Positions 27,320 to 37,648 of a stretch of DNA of 64,000 bases are shown here, one piece after another. The number at the start of each line of letters is the position of its first letter. The stretch's first letter is position 1. Location: assembly GCA_027491735.1 (NCBI GenBank), contig JAOZGP010000004.1, forward strand, positions 1 through 64,000. The letters run 5' to 3'. Source of the stretch: Thermoproteota archaeon. GTDB lineage: Archaea; Korarchaeota; Korarchaeia; Korarchaeales; Korarchaeaceae. Both the position numbers and the translations under genes were made by a program. Below the pieces are notes generated by a model that saw nothing but the letters and a program-made list of their open reading frames with translations, had not been told where the DNA came from and did not search any database.

Positions 27320-28288
27320 CTATCGCTCATCCAGTCTGACAAATTCATTCCCTCGTCTGCCCTTTCTAAGAAGCGATCTTATCCTCTCGAGCAGTCCTCT
27401 GCCCTCGGTCACCAGCACAATCCTCTCGTTGCTCTCGACGTCTGACCCCCTTATCACTTCCAGAGCGGTCTTGAGCCTCTCAACACCTATATCAGAAGCT
27501 GTCGGTCCGAGTCTGTGTAGATAGTTGGCTATCTTCATTATATCGGAGGCCTCATCGCTCTCAGGATGCTCCAGCAGAAGAGGAACTCCTCTTCTGTAAC
27601 ACTCCGCGAACAAATCGCTTCTCCTCACTGTGAAGATCCTTCCACCCCTGGACAGCATGACCTCCGCCCTCTCGACCTCGTCGTAGTGGTCGACGAACTT
27701 GTTTATCACAAGAGCCCTCACATCCGTGTCGGTTAGAGCGGTGAGGTTGACGAGCCTCTCGCAGTTCTCCATGCTGGACTCGTTGGGCTCCACTACGGGA
27801 ACGAAATGATCACTTGAGGACAGTATCATCAGGTAGTCCAGGAGAGAGGAGAGGCCTCCGGACCCTGGGGAGTCTATCACCACCAACCCATACCTCCTCA
27901 GCTTCTTCACCAGATTGGAAAATCTTTCGGTGCACTTTCTGAGCTTCTCAGCTGGAGCCTCTCCCTTCTCATTCCTGACTCCGCCTGGCACAAAGAAGAA
28001 GTCCTCAACACCGAGGAATCTGCTTTCATAGGCTATGGACAGAGGATCGTCCACATCTCCTTCCATGTAGTCCTTTACCGACTTCATCTCGCCCCTGAGG
28101 ATCAGGGGAAGATACTTCTTGTTCCAGAGGTGTACAGCGCTCTGCCTTCCCATATCCATGCTTATGAAGAATACTCTGATCCCTTTCTCCGCCAGGGCTA
28201 GGGCCACGTTGAAGCTCACCGTCGTCTTACCTGTTCCTCCACCCTGAAGGCCGAAGGCTATGGATAGCTCATGGTGAGTAGATCGCAT
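27320..28288 (-). CDS. MinD/ParA-family (TadZ/CpaE-like) ATPase
   Basis: GGGTGKTT, VVIDSPG, VINK. Confidence 0.8.
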   Translation of the reverse strand: MRSTHHELSIAFGLQGGGTGKTTVSFNVALALAEKGIRVFFISMDMGRQSAVHLWNKKYLPLILRGEMKSVKDYMEGDVDDPLSIAYESRFLGVEDFFFVPGGVRNEKGEAPAEKLRKCTERFSNLVKKLRRYGLVVIDSPGSGGLSSLLDYLMILSSSDHFVPVVEPNESSMENCERLVNLTALTDTDVRALVINKFVDHYDEVERAEVMLSRGGRIFTVRRSDLFAECYRRGVPLLLEHPESDEASDIMKIANYLHRLGPTASDIGVERLKTALEVIRGSDVESNERIVLVTEGRGLLERIRSLLRKGRRGNEFVRLDER

Positions 28289-28649
28289 GAGCCTCGCACC
28301 CCCTAGGACCTAGGACGTCTATCGAGAAGTAACTTCCTGAAATTCGTCGAAAGTTCAGCTTCAGAGTGGTTCCCGGGGTGAGTAGCTTTCCATCAGGTAG
28401 GTCAGCTGTGAAGGACACTGAGGTTCCGTTTATCCAGAGGTTCCAGTCCTTCATGTGAAAGACGATGGACCTTGGACCTACCACGGTGATACACACCCTC
28501 CCGTCCGGATTGAAGCAGGTTATTCTTACCCTTGGAGACTCCTCCTGCACCAGAAAGGGAGCCGTCTTCAGGCTCATGGGAAGCAGTACGGTGAACATCA
28601 GGGCTAGGGAGGTCGCTGTTAAGGCGATCACCGTAAGGACTCTGTTCAT
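28269..28649 (-). CDS. Pilin-like protein
   Basis: N-terminal TM helix; LLTPGTTL and GPRG tail similar to 26801-27247. Confidence 0.55.
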   Translation of the reverse strand: MNRVLTVIALTATSLALMFTVLLPMSLKTAPFLVQEESPRVRITCFNPDGRVCITVVGPRSIVFHMKDWNLWINGTSVSFTADLPDGKLLTPGTTLKLNFRRISGSYFSIDVLGPRGCEAHAIYSP

Positions 28650-29536
28650 CCTCCCACCTCCACCAACGTCCTCGGAGGGTTGAGAACCACAACTCCATGG
28701 ACCTCCGTTCTTGATCCGTCTGGAAGGATCACTTCTTGGTCCACGGATATCGGGTTGAGGAAAAAGCCTCCTCTGCAGAGGTTCACATCCGTCATCTGAC
28801 CTGATCCCTCCGCCACCTTCCTCGGACCTGAGCGCAGCGTCCACCTGATGGGCTTACCCCCGCTCACCGAAGCATGGACTTCGCACTTTGAGACCTCCAA
28901 CATCATCTCGGGCGTGTTGGATGTATTGGAGACCAGCACCTCCGAGGAGGCTGTGCACATCTCTCCCCCATGAGAGAGCATCACCTCCACCATGATTGAT
29001 CCCGGGGTGTTTGGAGCTTGAATCTCGATCTCACGCACTCCTTTCAGACTTACAGGAATCTCCTCATTTACCAGACCTGAGATCATCACGATCCCTCTTG
29101 AGTTGAGGGGAAGGCCGTCCTTGCTTGTGCTCACCAGGTGTATCTTGAGGACTTCTCCCATCTTGACGAGGTCCGACTGAGGAACGACCTCACAGTACAT
29201 CCCCCTTCCCTCAGGACTGAAGGTAAGGACCAGGCTTCGTTCAGTTCTCCTTCCAAAGGTGCTTTTCCACACAACGCTGCCGTTCCACACCTGAGTGATC
29301 CTTATGTACGCGTCTCTGTCCCCGCTCACAGCGCTGTAGAACCCGGACAACTTCTCACAGGGACTTTCGTGCTTGAGAGCTGATTCCTCGAGCAGATCCT
29401 CCACTCCCATGGCCATCACCCTGACCGGGATCAAATCGGCGCTCCGGTGGTCGTTCACGCTAACCATCAGGGAGGTCGAGAGGAGCATTATTGCTATAAC
29501 GGAGCTAAGGGCCAGAACATCATCCAAAGATATCAC
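28646..29536 (-). CDS. Pilus-associated membrane-anchored protein
   Basis: MISLDDVLAL N-terminal helix; beta-rich extracellular region. Confidence 0.55.
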   Translation of the reverse strand: MISLDDVLALSSVIAIMLLSTSLMVSVNDHRSADLIPVRVMAMGVEDLLEESALKHESPCEKLSGFYSAVSGDRDAYIRITQVWNGSVVWKSTFGRRTERSLVLTFSPEGRGMYCEVVPQSDLVKMGEVLKIHLVSTSKDGLPLNSRGIVMISGLVNEEIPVSLKGVREIEIQAPNTPGSIMVEVMLSHGGEMCTASSEVLVSNTSNTPEMMLEVSKCEVHASVSGGKPIRWTLRSGPRKVAEGSGQMTDVNLCRGGFFLNPISVDQEVILPDGSRTEVHGVVVLNPPRTLVEVGG

Positions 29537-30230
29537 CCCCGCCCAAAACCCCGAACTCCTTCAGTTCAGACACCTCGATTCTCCACGGCTCGTTCAGATT
29601 GACCCCACTCAACACCTCGGAAACTTTTCCATCACTGAGAAGATACAGCTCACCACCTCTGAGCAGGAGCTGGACAATTCTTCCGTCGACCTCCGAGGTG
29701 TTGGTCTTCCCGCCCCACGACACCTTCAACAGAGCTCCCTCTCTCTCCATCAAGAGGTCGGAGATAGATGCCGTTCCGTTCCCTGATAAGACGAGCAGAA
29801 CCTCCCCCAATGGAGAGAAATCTGTTTTACACAGGAGTCTTCCTCTATAAAACCATCTGAAAACCTTTCTTTTATCCACAGATCCCAAGCGAACCACGAC
29901 CTTCAGTGGGGACCCCACATACGTGTACATTACCTCCTCCTCGGTGAAGGGTACTGGCTCGGTTTTGGCCACAACATCCCACCTTCCGTTCGAGTAGTTG
30001 TACACAATCACGCTCAACTTTCTATGGCTTCCAAACAGGCACTCAGCTCCCATGGAGCTGAGACCATCTATCTCCTGCGGACCTTCTCTCGAGATCGTCT
30101 GGTAAATCCTGTACATCAGCCCGCGATTCTTCTCTTCAAACTTCGAAGACGCCTGGAGCAGAGGAAGAAGTTGTAGGAGCATGAAAACCATTAGAGATAT
30201 GGAGAAAAGGTACACCAGCGCGTCCCTCAA
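29520..30230 (-). CDS. Pilus-associated membrane-anchored protein
   Basis: N-terminal TM helix; coupled within the operon. Confidence 0.5.
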   Translation of the reverse strand: MRDALVYLFSISLMVFMLLQLLPLLQASSKFEEKNRGLMYRIYQTISREGPQEIDGLSSMGAECLFGSHRKLSVIVYNYSNGRWDVVAKTEPVPFTEEEVMYTYVGSPLKVVVRLGSVDKRKVFRWFYRGRLLCKTDFSPLGEVLLVLSGNGTASISDLLMEREGALLKVSWGGKTNTSEVDGRIVQLLLRGGELYLLSDGKVSEVLSGVNLNEPWRIEVSELKEFGVLGGGDIFG

Positions 30231-30239
30231 GCGACCACC

Positions 30240-31694
30240 TCACGTGTATCCCTCCAACCTCCCTTCAGCTTTGTTTCCATAGAGGTCTTCAGCCACAGCA
30301 ATCCAGACATGGTGCCCTCCGCCGAGAACCATGTGAGAGAGCCAGACGTAGTGTTTCTTCCCACTCCAAGAAGCCATAAGTTTGCTGTCCTGATATATCA
30401 CGAGGTGAACGACCCAGTTTTGTCTCCCGAGATCGTCCAAGTAGGAGACTGCCCTAGCCTTTATGTACCACCTGTTCCTCTGAGAGCTGTAGTAGAGGCA
30501 GAGGCTCACTTCTATCGATTTCCTGTTTCTTTTGCCGTTCTTCACAGTGAAAATTGCTGATGCCGATTTGTTGTTGTCGGATGTATCGAAGACCTTCAGG
30601 AGGAGCTTGTACGTACCTGTTTTGTCGGCCCTTATTGAGAGCTCATCATTATACTGCTCTCCTTCGATCTTCTTACTCAATAGAAAGGATGTAGCACTGC
30701 CATTCACCAAAATGAGCTCAACTCTGCTCAGATTAACTGTCGAGCTGGCGCTGATTCGAACCAAGAAGTTTGTTCCCGGCGCACCGGATTCAGGAGTCAC
30801 CTGGACATCGGCTCTCATGAGGCTCGGAAGAACCTGGAGCTCGGCTGTTCTAGTGAAGGTTTTGCCGTAGGAATCAATCACCTCGAGCTTGAGAACGTAG
30901 TTTCCCACGTCCGGAGGGCTGAGAGCTTCAGAGAAAGAGAACTCCCTTGTGTGAAGATCTTCAAAGAGCGTCCGATTCAAAGGACTCATGCTCAGCCTGA
31001 CGGAGAGAAACTTATCGTTTGCGGCCAATCCTCTGACGCTCAACACCGAGATCTCGCCCAGATGTATCACTTCGGGATTGAGAGAGAGCTCGAGGCTCAC
31101 TGAAGTCGCAGCCACGATATCGTCCCTGCATGTAGTTGAGTTCACGCTGGAAAGACAGCTTCTGACCGTATAGTTCCCGACTCGATGGACGTTCATGTAT
31201 TTGGACGTCGAGGCGTTTATGAAACCCTCCCCGAGCCAAAACCCTATGGCTGTTTGTTTGGGACCACCTGTAAGAAAGCTTCTGAGCTTCAGTTTCGATC
31301 CACTACAGAGATCGAGTCCTATCGCCCTGTATCTCACCTCAAACCCCGACAAGCTCCTTAGATAGACGACTCTCGGAGAGACGTTCGTCTTCAGGATCAG
31401 GCATGCGGATCTTCGAACGGAATCCTCCCTGATCACCAAGAAGGAGTCCCCACTTCTGAGCGTTATGGTGTGGCCTCTATAGAGCGCTAAGATTCCCGAT
31501 CTGTTCACATCGCTCAGCACCAGATCCAAGTGTTGCGGGGAGTACTTCAGCGTCTTGACAACCCTAACGAACTCCGACTGGAGATCTTCGTACCCGCTTG
31601 GGTGAAAACGCCGAGCTTCGCTAATCCACAGCGTGGAGAAAATTAGAACGAGGGCGATCACCAACACATACAGAGCTCTCATCAGAAGGATCAA
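30240..31694 (-). CDS. Secreted Ig-like repeat protein (putative adhesin)
   Basis: Signal anchor; three repeats of G-Y-L...D..G(N/K) Ig-like motifs. Confidence 0.55.
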   Translation of the reverse strand: MILLMRALYVLVIALVLIFSTLWISEARRFHPSGYEDLQSEFVRVVKTLKYSPQHLDLVLSDVNRSGILALYRGHTITLRSGDSFLVIREDSVRRSACLILKTNVSPRVVYLRSLSGFEVRYRAIGLDLCSGSKLKLRSFLTGGPKQTAIGFWLGEGFINASTSKYMNVHRVGNYTVRSCLSSVNSTTCRDDIVAATSVSLELSLNPEVIHLGEISVLSVRGLAANDKFLSVRLSMSPLNRTLFEDLHTREFSFSEALSPPDVGNYVLKLEVIDSYGKTFTRTAELQVLPSLMRADVQVTPESGAPGTNFLVRISASSTVNLSRVELILVNGSATSFLLSKKIEGEQYNDELSIRADKTGTYKLLLKVFDTSDNNKSASAIFTVKNGKRNRKSIEVSLCLYYSSQRNRWYIKARAVSYLDDLGRQNWVVHLVIYQDSKLMASWSGKKHYVWLSHMVLGGGHHVWIAVAEDLYGNKAEGRLEGYT

Positions 31695-31800
31695 GCTGGA
31701 AAAGATATTTCAAGGCCTGATATCCAACAAGTTTTCAGAGAACTTTCGGTTCTCGGGAAAACTTTTATTTCTGACCCATCAGGGAAGAGAAGGTGATTGT

Positions 31801-33096
31801 TTGGACGAAGCAAGGCTTCCAAGAGGTTTCAGGGACTTCCCTCCGGAGATCATGATACTCAGAAAGGAGGTCATGAACAGGATAGAGAACCTCTTTCAGA
31901 GGTATGGGTTTGACCCGATGGAAACCACATCAATAGAGCTCTGGGAGACTGTTAAGGGAAAACTGGGCCATGAAGCTGAGAACAAGCTCATGTTCGTCTT
32001 CCCGGACTTCTTCAGCAAGGAGTGGTTGGCCCTCAGGTACGATCTCACGATGTCGCTGGCCAGGTATGTCGCCACCCACCAGGACATCCCCCTTCCGTTC
32101 AAGAGGTATCAGATAGGAAGGGTGTGGAGGCATGAGGAGCCGCAGAGAGGGAGATACAGAGAGTTCTGGCAATGCGATGCTGACACAGTCGGATCAGGTC
32201 ATCCAGAGGCTGATGCCGAGCTTATACTGTTGATAGCCGATGTCATGGACATGTTCGGTTTGCGGAGGTTCACTGTCAAGCTTAACGACAGAGGCCTGCT
32301 GGCAGCGATATTCGAGAGAGAGCTTGATGTGAGGAATCCCCTCCCTGTGTATCGGGCAATAGACAAGCTCGATAAGATAGGTTGGCAGGAAGTTAGAAGA
32401 GAGCTCGAGGCCCTAGGAATGAGCGAGAGCATGGTTGACAGGATAGGTGAGCTCATATCCTCCTCAGGAAGTGAGGATGTTCTGGACATCTTGCGGAGGA
32501 GGTTCGGCTCTGAGCAGATCGAGGAGGCTGCTGCGAGGCTTGAGGAGATATTATCCATCGTGAACGATGATAGGGTCAGAATAGACCTGAGCCTGGTCAG
32601 GGGCCTCGATTACTACACGGGTCCGATCTTCGAGCTTGCCATAGAGAGACCGAGGATCGGAAGCCTGGCGGGTGGGGGGAGGTACGACAAGCTCGTAGGT
32701 AAGTATGGTGGCAGGGACGTGCCTGCTACTGGTGTGAGCATAGGGGTTGAGAGGCTCATAGACGCCTGTCTTGAGCTGGGAATCCTTGAGCTAAGCAAGA
32801 GATCTCTGAGCGACGTCTACGTCGTATCTGTAGGAGAGAGCTCAAGACCTTATGCCTGGAGGGTGGCCTCTGTCCTGAGGAAAGGTGGTCTGAACGTCTC
32901 CGTAGATCTCATGAGGAGAAGTCACTTGATGCAGAGGAAGCATGCCAAAAAGCTTGGTGTGAGGATTCTGGCATTCGTTGGGATCAAGGAAATGTCCTCA
33001 GAGAGCGTGTCGCTCTACGATACTGAGACCTCGGAGAGGATTGTGTGCTCCTTCAGTGAGGTTGTGGATGAGGTGAGGAAGATGGTGAGGAGGTGA
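31801..33096 (+). CDS. hisS: Histidine--tRNA ligase
   Basis: PRGFRD, LRYDLT, WRHEEPQRGRYREFWQCD, RGLDYYTG, GGGRYD. Confidence 0.96.
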   Translation: MDEARLPRGFRDFPPEIMILRKEVMNRIENLFQRYGFDPMETTSIELWETVKGKLGHEAENKLMFVFPDFFSKEWLALRYDLTMSLARYVATHQDIPLPFKRYQIGRVWRHEEPQRGRYREFWQCDADTVGSGHPEADAELILLIADVMDMFGLRRFTVKLNDRGLLAAIFERELDVRNPLPVYRAIDKLDKIGWQEVRRELEALGMSESMVDRIGELISSSGSEDVLDILRRRFGSEQIEEAAARLEEILSIVNDDRVRIDLSLVRGLDYYTGPIFELAIERPRIGSLAGGGRYDKLVGKYGGRDVPATGVSIGVERLIDACLELGILELSKRSLSDVYVVSVGESSRPYAWRVASVLRKGGLNVSVDLMRRSHLMQRKHAKKLGVRILAFVGIKEMSSESVSLYDTETSERIVCSFSEVVDEVRKMVRR

Positions 33097-33776
33097 TCGC
33101 CCTGAGAATAAAGATATCCGAGGATGTGAGACCTCTCGAAGTTTTTCTAGCATATGCCACGGCGTCCGGGGTCGTCGTTGATGGGAGAGGAGAGGATATG
33201 GAGAGCTACATCAAGAAAACTGTCTTGAGCCTACAGGAGAGGTTCTCGCCTCTGAGGAGGGTAGGAGAGGATCCAACTGCGAGGGCCTTGAGAAAGTTCT
33301 ACTGGAGGATCGGGATAGATCCCACCAAGATTAGGCCCAGCAGTGAGGCTCTGGTTAGGAGGATCGTTGGAAAGGGTGCCTTTCCTAGGATAAACAACGT
33401 GGTCGATGCCATAAACCTTGCAAGCGCTGAAACACTGGTTCCCATAGGTCTCTACGACATCGACAAGGTCGAGGGCGATGTACAGATGAGAAGGGCTAGG
33501 GAGGGGGAGGTCTTCATTCCGATAGGAGGAAAGGAGATTTCTCTCGCTGGAGGAGAGCCTGTACTCGCTGATTCCCAGAAGATTATGTTCCTGTATCCGT
33601 ACAGGGACTCAGAGCTGACCAAGGTTGATGAGAGCACCAAAGAGGTGCTCATAGTTGGAGCAGGGGTTCCAGGCATTGAGAGACCTCTTGTTAGGAGGGC
33701 TGTTAACCTGTCCATTGAGCTCTTGGAGAGGTTTTGCTCTGGAAGACGAAACTCCGAGACTATAGAGGTTGGGTGA
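33093..33776 (+). CDS. Stand-alone B3/B4 (PheRS-beta editing-like) domain protein
   Basis: GIDPTKIRPSSEALVRR, INNVVD, PIGLYD. Confidence 0.88.
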   Translation: MIALRIKISEDVRPLEVFLAYATASGVVVDGRGEDMESYIKKTVLSLQERFSPLRRVGEDPTARALRKFYWRIGIDPTKIRPSSEALVRRIVGKGAFPRINNVVDAINLASAETLVPIGLYDIDKVEGDVQMRRAREGEVFIPIGGKEISLAGGEPVLADSQKIMFLYPYRDSELTKVDESTKEVLIVGAGVPGIERPLVRRAVNLSIELLERFCSGRRNSETIEVG

Positions 33777-34023
33777 TCCTCTTCAGGGCCTCAACTATAT
33801 CCTCCAGACTCACTCCCACCAGGACACACCTCCTCAGCGAGCTCTTGACGATCTCCTCCACATCGGTCACCTTCTTCCCGATGAGCTCCCTCTCCAGCTT
33901 GTCTATAGATCCCTCAGGGAATGCAAAGAAGTCTCCAGAGATCTTAACTTTCTTTATCACTCCCCTCTCAGTCGAGCATGAGATAATGAGGGTCTTCTCC
34001 CTGCGGATGATGAGCTCCCTCAA
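33760..34023 (-). CDS. Lipoate-protein ligase C-terminal subunit (LplB-like)
   Basis: VKISGDFFAFPE..I..LE..LIG. Confidence 0.8.
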   Translation of the reverse strand: MRELIIRREKTLIISCSTERGVIKKVKISGDFFAFPEGSIDKLERELIGKKVTDVEEIVKSSLRRCVLVGVSLEDIVEALKRITQPL

Positions 34024-34030
34024 GGCCCCA

Positions 34031-34070
34031 TCTCACCTCACCTCATCTCACCTCACCTCATCTCATCTCA
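34031..34070. repeat. Pentanucleotide tandem repeat (YCTCA)x8
   Basis: tctca cctca cctca tctca cctca cctca tctca tctca. Confidence 0.9.
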
Positions 34071-34801
34071 TTCCACTTCTCCGAGCCGTATTTCCTCTCG
34101 AGCTCTGAGGTAAGGTTTAGCTCGTCTTCTGTGGGATTTGATGGAACCAGCTCTTCACCTAGAGCCCTGGAGAATCCTTTTATAGCAGCGCTCAATACCT
34201 CATCGAAGGACACCTCCCTTCCGAGCTGCTCGCTCACGGTCGTCACTCTCCCCCTCACCGAGCTCACACCTTTTTCCAATAACTTCTCTGTCGGAGGTGT
34301 TAGCAGCTCCTGCATGAGCTCAAGATCTGTGTTGTAGAGGATGGTTCCGTGCTGAAGTATGAACCCACGCCTCCTCGTCTGAGCACTTCCTGAGATCTTT
34401 CTGCCGGAGACAATCACGTCATTTATGGGTACAAAGGAGGCCTCCAGACCAAGCTCCTCGAGAGTCAATACGACCCCAAGGCATATCCTCCTGAAGCTTT
34501 TCTCCACCTCCTCACCTGGGATTTCGGGAACAACGATTGAGTAGGTAAGCTCGCCCTTCTCGTCGTGTAGAACTGCTCCTCCTCCCGTTGGCCTTCTAAC
34601 CACATCTATTCCTAAGGAGAGGGCTTTTCGCAGATTAACAGCTTTTTCAATGCTTTGAAAATATCCTATGGTGATGGCTGTCGGAGAGAACCTATAGAAC
34701 CTGATCGCTGGCTCCGATCTTCCCAATGAAATCAGCTCGAGAAGAGCCTCATCCAAAGCCATGTTGAACTTAGCATCTCCGCTGACAAGAAGCAACCTCA
34801 T
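34058..34801 (-). CDS. lplA: Lipoate-protein ligase A catalytic subunit
   Basis: NMALDEA, RRPTGGGAVLHD, KISGSAQ, HGT. Confidence 0.92.
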   Translation of the reverse strand: MRLLLVSGDAKFNMALDEALLELISLGRSEPAIRFYRFSPTAITIGYFQSIEKAVNLRKALSLGIDVVRRPTGGGAVLHDEKGELTYSIVVPEIPGEEVEKSFRRICLGVVLTLEELGLEASFVPINDVIVSGRKISGSAQTRRRGFILQHGTILYNTDLELMQELLTPPTEKLLEKGVSSVRGRVTTVSEQLGREVSFDEVLSAAIKGFSRALGEELVPSNPTEDELNLTSELERKYGSEKWNEMR

Positions 34802-34831
34802 CAGCGAGACCTCTCCTGAAACCGTTTAAAG

Positions 34832-36004
34832 TTGTTGGGACCTCTTTTGTCGATGGAGTTGAGCAGAGCGTATAAGGCGATAATCCTGCTCGGAACCGTG
34901 AGCCTCTTCGCTGACATGACGTATGAGGGGGGCAGAAGCATAATACCTGGATTTTTGAGGTCTTTGGGCGCTTCCTACACGGATGTAGGACTCATCGTGG
35001 GATCATCCGAGTTCCTTGGATATGCCACCAGGTTGCCCGCTGGATTGCTCGCGGATCTGACCGGAAGCTACTGGACGGCCACCCTGGTGGGATATGTAAT
35101 CAACATGCTTTCAGTACCTTTGCTAGCTGTAGTTCCCTCTCTCAGTTGGGCTGCAATCCTCATAATATCTGAGAGACTGGGAAAAGCCCTGAGATCTCCG
35201 GCTAGAGACGTCATTCTCAGTGCAGCTACGGAGGAGATTGGAACAGGAAGGGCCTTTGGATTGCATGAGTTGATGGATCAGATAGGCGCTCTCTTAGGAC
35301 CTGTCGTGGTGGCTTTAGCACTCCTCATTGGAAGATCGATCAGATGGGCCTTCTCGTTTCTACTCCTTCCAGCAACAGTTGCGATTCTCATGGTCTTGAT
35401 GGCTTACCTTCTGCTGAAGGATCACGTGATGAAGCTGCCTCGAGGAAGAAGCTCCCTGGAGGGAATCAGGTCACTTCCCACAAAGTTTTGGATCTACGTG
35501 GCCGCCGTTGCAGTAAGCACAGCAGGCTTTCTGCACTACGCCCTGATAGCCTACAGGATGCAGGAACTTGTTGATGAGTGGACGGTGGCCCTCAGCTTCG
35601 GGGCAGCCATGGGGATCGATGCCGTTGCGGCAGTCTCCCTCGGACTCATGTACGACAGATGTGGATTGTCGATCTTTCCCCTGGTGTTTGTGTTGAACAC
35701 CGCTCCTGCTCTGCTGGCGATAACCAAAAGCCCCTACACGCTCGTGGCAGCTGTGTTGTGGTTTGGAGTTGGTATGGGAGCTCAGGAATCGATATATAGA
35801 TCGGTGATAGCTGATCTATCGCCTTTAGAGCTGAGAGGAACTGCTTATGGCGTATTCAACCTGGCCTACGGTGTTGCTTGGGTTATCGGAGGTGGTTTAA
35901 TGGGTCTTCTTTATGATATGGGAATGCCCGAGCTTGTCGCGGTCATGTCGGGAGCTCTGCAGACGATCGCCATTCTCCTCCTCAAACGGTCGACAGTAGA
36001 ATGA
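34832..36004 (+). CDS. MFS transporter
   Basis: About 12 TM helices; ERLGKALRSPARD, GRAFGLHE..DQIGA. Confidence 0.9.
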   Translation: MLGPLLSMELSRAYKAIILLGTVSLFADMTYEGGRSIIPGFLRSLGASYTDVGLIVGSSEFLGYATRLPAGLLADLTGSYWTATLVGYVINMLSVPLLAVVPSLSWAAILIISERLGKALRSPARDVILSAATEEIGTGRAFGLHELMDQIGALLGPVVVALALLIGRSIRWAFSFLLLPATVAILMVLMAYLLLKDHVMKLPRGRSSLEGIRSLPTKFWIYVAAVAVSTAGFLHYALIAYRMQELVDEWTVALSFGAAMGIDAVAAVSLGLMYDRCGLSIFPLVFVLNTAPALLAITKSPYTLVAAVLWFGVGMGAQESIYRSVIADLSPLELRGTAYGVFNLAYGVAWVIGGGLMGLLYDMGMPELVAVMSGALQTIAILLLKRSTVE

Positions 36005-37648
36005 TACTGGACAGAGCTCGTTGCAGCTCCCACAGGAGGAGCATCTGGAGGGGTCTATTTTGGGAGGTCTTGATGGTATTATCGCATCACAGTAATCTGA
36101 ACAGAGTCCACATCCAGCGCAGAAGTTTGATCTGGCTATCAAGCCGAAGAGACCGGGAGGAACATTTCCGTCGAAGGAGACTCCATCCTCCTCCACGATC
36201 AGAACTCCTGCATCATGAAGTATCCTGTTGCCCTCCACCCTTCCAATCGAAGGAGCTAGTCTGAGGACCTTGTCCTTGAGGAAAGGATCAGCTCTCACCT
36301 TCCCATCCCCGATCTCGACTCTCTGCCGATACCTCTCATAGGTAGAGGCTCCAAACAGATGTCTATATCTCCTCGGCGTGTTGACCCACCTCCAGAGTCC
36401 GTACTTCACCCATCCATCTCCGTACCCCATCTTATCCGCGTAGCTCCTGAGCCATGACTCCCACTTTCCCCAGAGATCGGGATGTAGCTCCTTTATCCTC
36501 TCGTAATCGGCCAGCCTGGAAGCAGGGCAGAGGTAGCATCCGGTCCTCTCAAATCCATGGATGTAGAGTTCGTTTACTTTGAGCCTTCTCATCATCACGT
36601 AAAGCCAGATGGCGAAAGCAGACCAGTCGTTTATCGGGGAAGCCGATGTGATCCCTGGCATCCACCTGTTCCTCCAGATCCATCCTCTTCTTCCCCTGCT
36701 AAAGGACTCATACCGTCTCTGACCGACGAGGGTCATCAAGGTGATTCCCTTGAGGACCTTGTAGGACGGTCCTAGCTTGATCACCTTGCAACACCACCTG
36801 TAGTCCCTGGCCGGAGGACCGAAGTCCTCCAAGCACCTCCAGAACGAGTTCCCTGCATCGGCTACTACATCAGCGCCAATCTCGTCGACCAATCTCAGAG
36901 TCTCAGGCATCTCTATCCCGGTGTCGTTGAAGAAGACCAGGAAATCACGCTCGCTTCTCCTCGCTAGGTCCAGCAATGTGGTGCTGTCCTTTCCTCCTGA
37001 AAAGGAGACCACGATTTTTCCATATTTCCTGCCGAGCTTGTTTATCAGAAGGGCAGCTCTGGACGCCTTTATGATCATCTCCTCCTCGTTTGCTCTCAGC
37101 ATCTTCGAGGTGCTGTGTCTGACGTCGATCGACCTGAACCCTTCCCTTCTGAACACACGTGTGATCACGTATCTGCCACCTACCTCCGCAGCCATAGCCT
37201 CCAGATCATTCACTAGAACGTATTTTGAGGAGGGCTCGATGTCGAGCTCGACCCCCTTCTCGACGCAATCGCATCTCACCACGTCCATGCGGTGTTGAAG
37301 CCTCAGTGCTCCGACCTCCCTTGGTTTGAAGATCCATCTCAGGGAGAATATGTCGTAGAAGAGATAGCCGAGGATCGCTCCGTCGGCTATCACCTCATGG
37401 CATAGATCCATGTAGGGGGCCTTCCCAAAGAGGACGACCTCATCCCCATTTGGAAGAAGGTCCTCGTAGGATCCAATGCCGTAATCTCTTTCCAAGACCT
37501 CTCTGAGTAGTTTCAGGTCAGCCTCGAATGTTATCCTCGGATCGCTGGTCCTGGCCAGTGGTATCTTCAAGGGCTGACTCCCACAGATCCCGCAGGTCCT
37601 CCCCACAAGTGGGACGTTGCAGTTCGGACACCATCTGAGCAAGTTCAT
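35897..37648 (-). CDS. PAPS-reductase-family protein with N-terminal Zn ribbon and C-terminal 4Fe-4S domain
   Basis: SFSGGKDS, RWCCKVIK, RTGCYLCP and two ferredoxin motifs. Confidence 0.88.
   Translation of the reverse strand: MNLLRWCPNCNVPLVGRTCGICGSQPLKIPLARTSDPRITFEADLKLLREVLERDYGIGSYEDLLPNGDEVVLFGKAPYMDLCHEVIADGAILGYLFYDIFSLRWIFKPREVGALRLQHRMDVVRCDCVEKGVELDIEPSSKYVLVNDLEAMAAEVGGRYVITRVFRREGFRSIDVRHSTSKMLRANEEEMIIKASRAALLINKLGRKYGKIVVSFSGGKDSTTLLDLARRSERDFLVFFNDTGIEMPETLRLVDEIGADVVADAGNSFWRCLEDFGPPARDYRWCCKVIKLGPSYKVLKGITLMTLVGQRRYESFSRGRRGWIWRNRWMPGITSASPINDWSAFAIWLYVMMRRLKVNELYIHGFERTGCYLCPASRLADYERIKELHPDLWGKWESWLRSYADKMGYGDGWVKYGLWRWVNTPRRYRHLFGASTYERYRQRVEIGDGKVRADPFLKDKVLRLAPSIGRVEGNRILHDAGVLIVEEDGVSFDGNVPPGLFGLIARSNFCAGCGLCSDYCDAIIPSRPPKIDPSRCSSCGSCNELCPVSFYCRPFEEENGDRLQSSRHDRDKLGHSHIIKKTH

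Noticed and set aside
35897-37648. CysH/PAPS-reductase-like gene as the type IV-B accessory cysH
   Set aside because: It lies about 28 kb from csf2-csf3 in a housekeeping operon and has the common archaeal Zn-ribbon plus 4Fe-4S architecture
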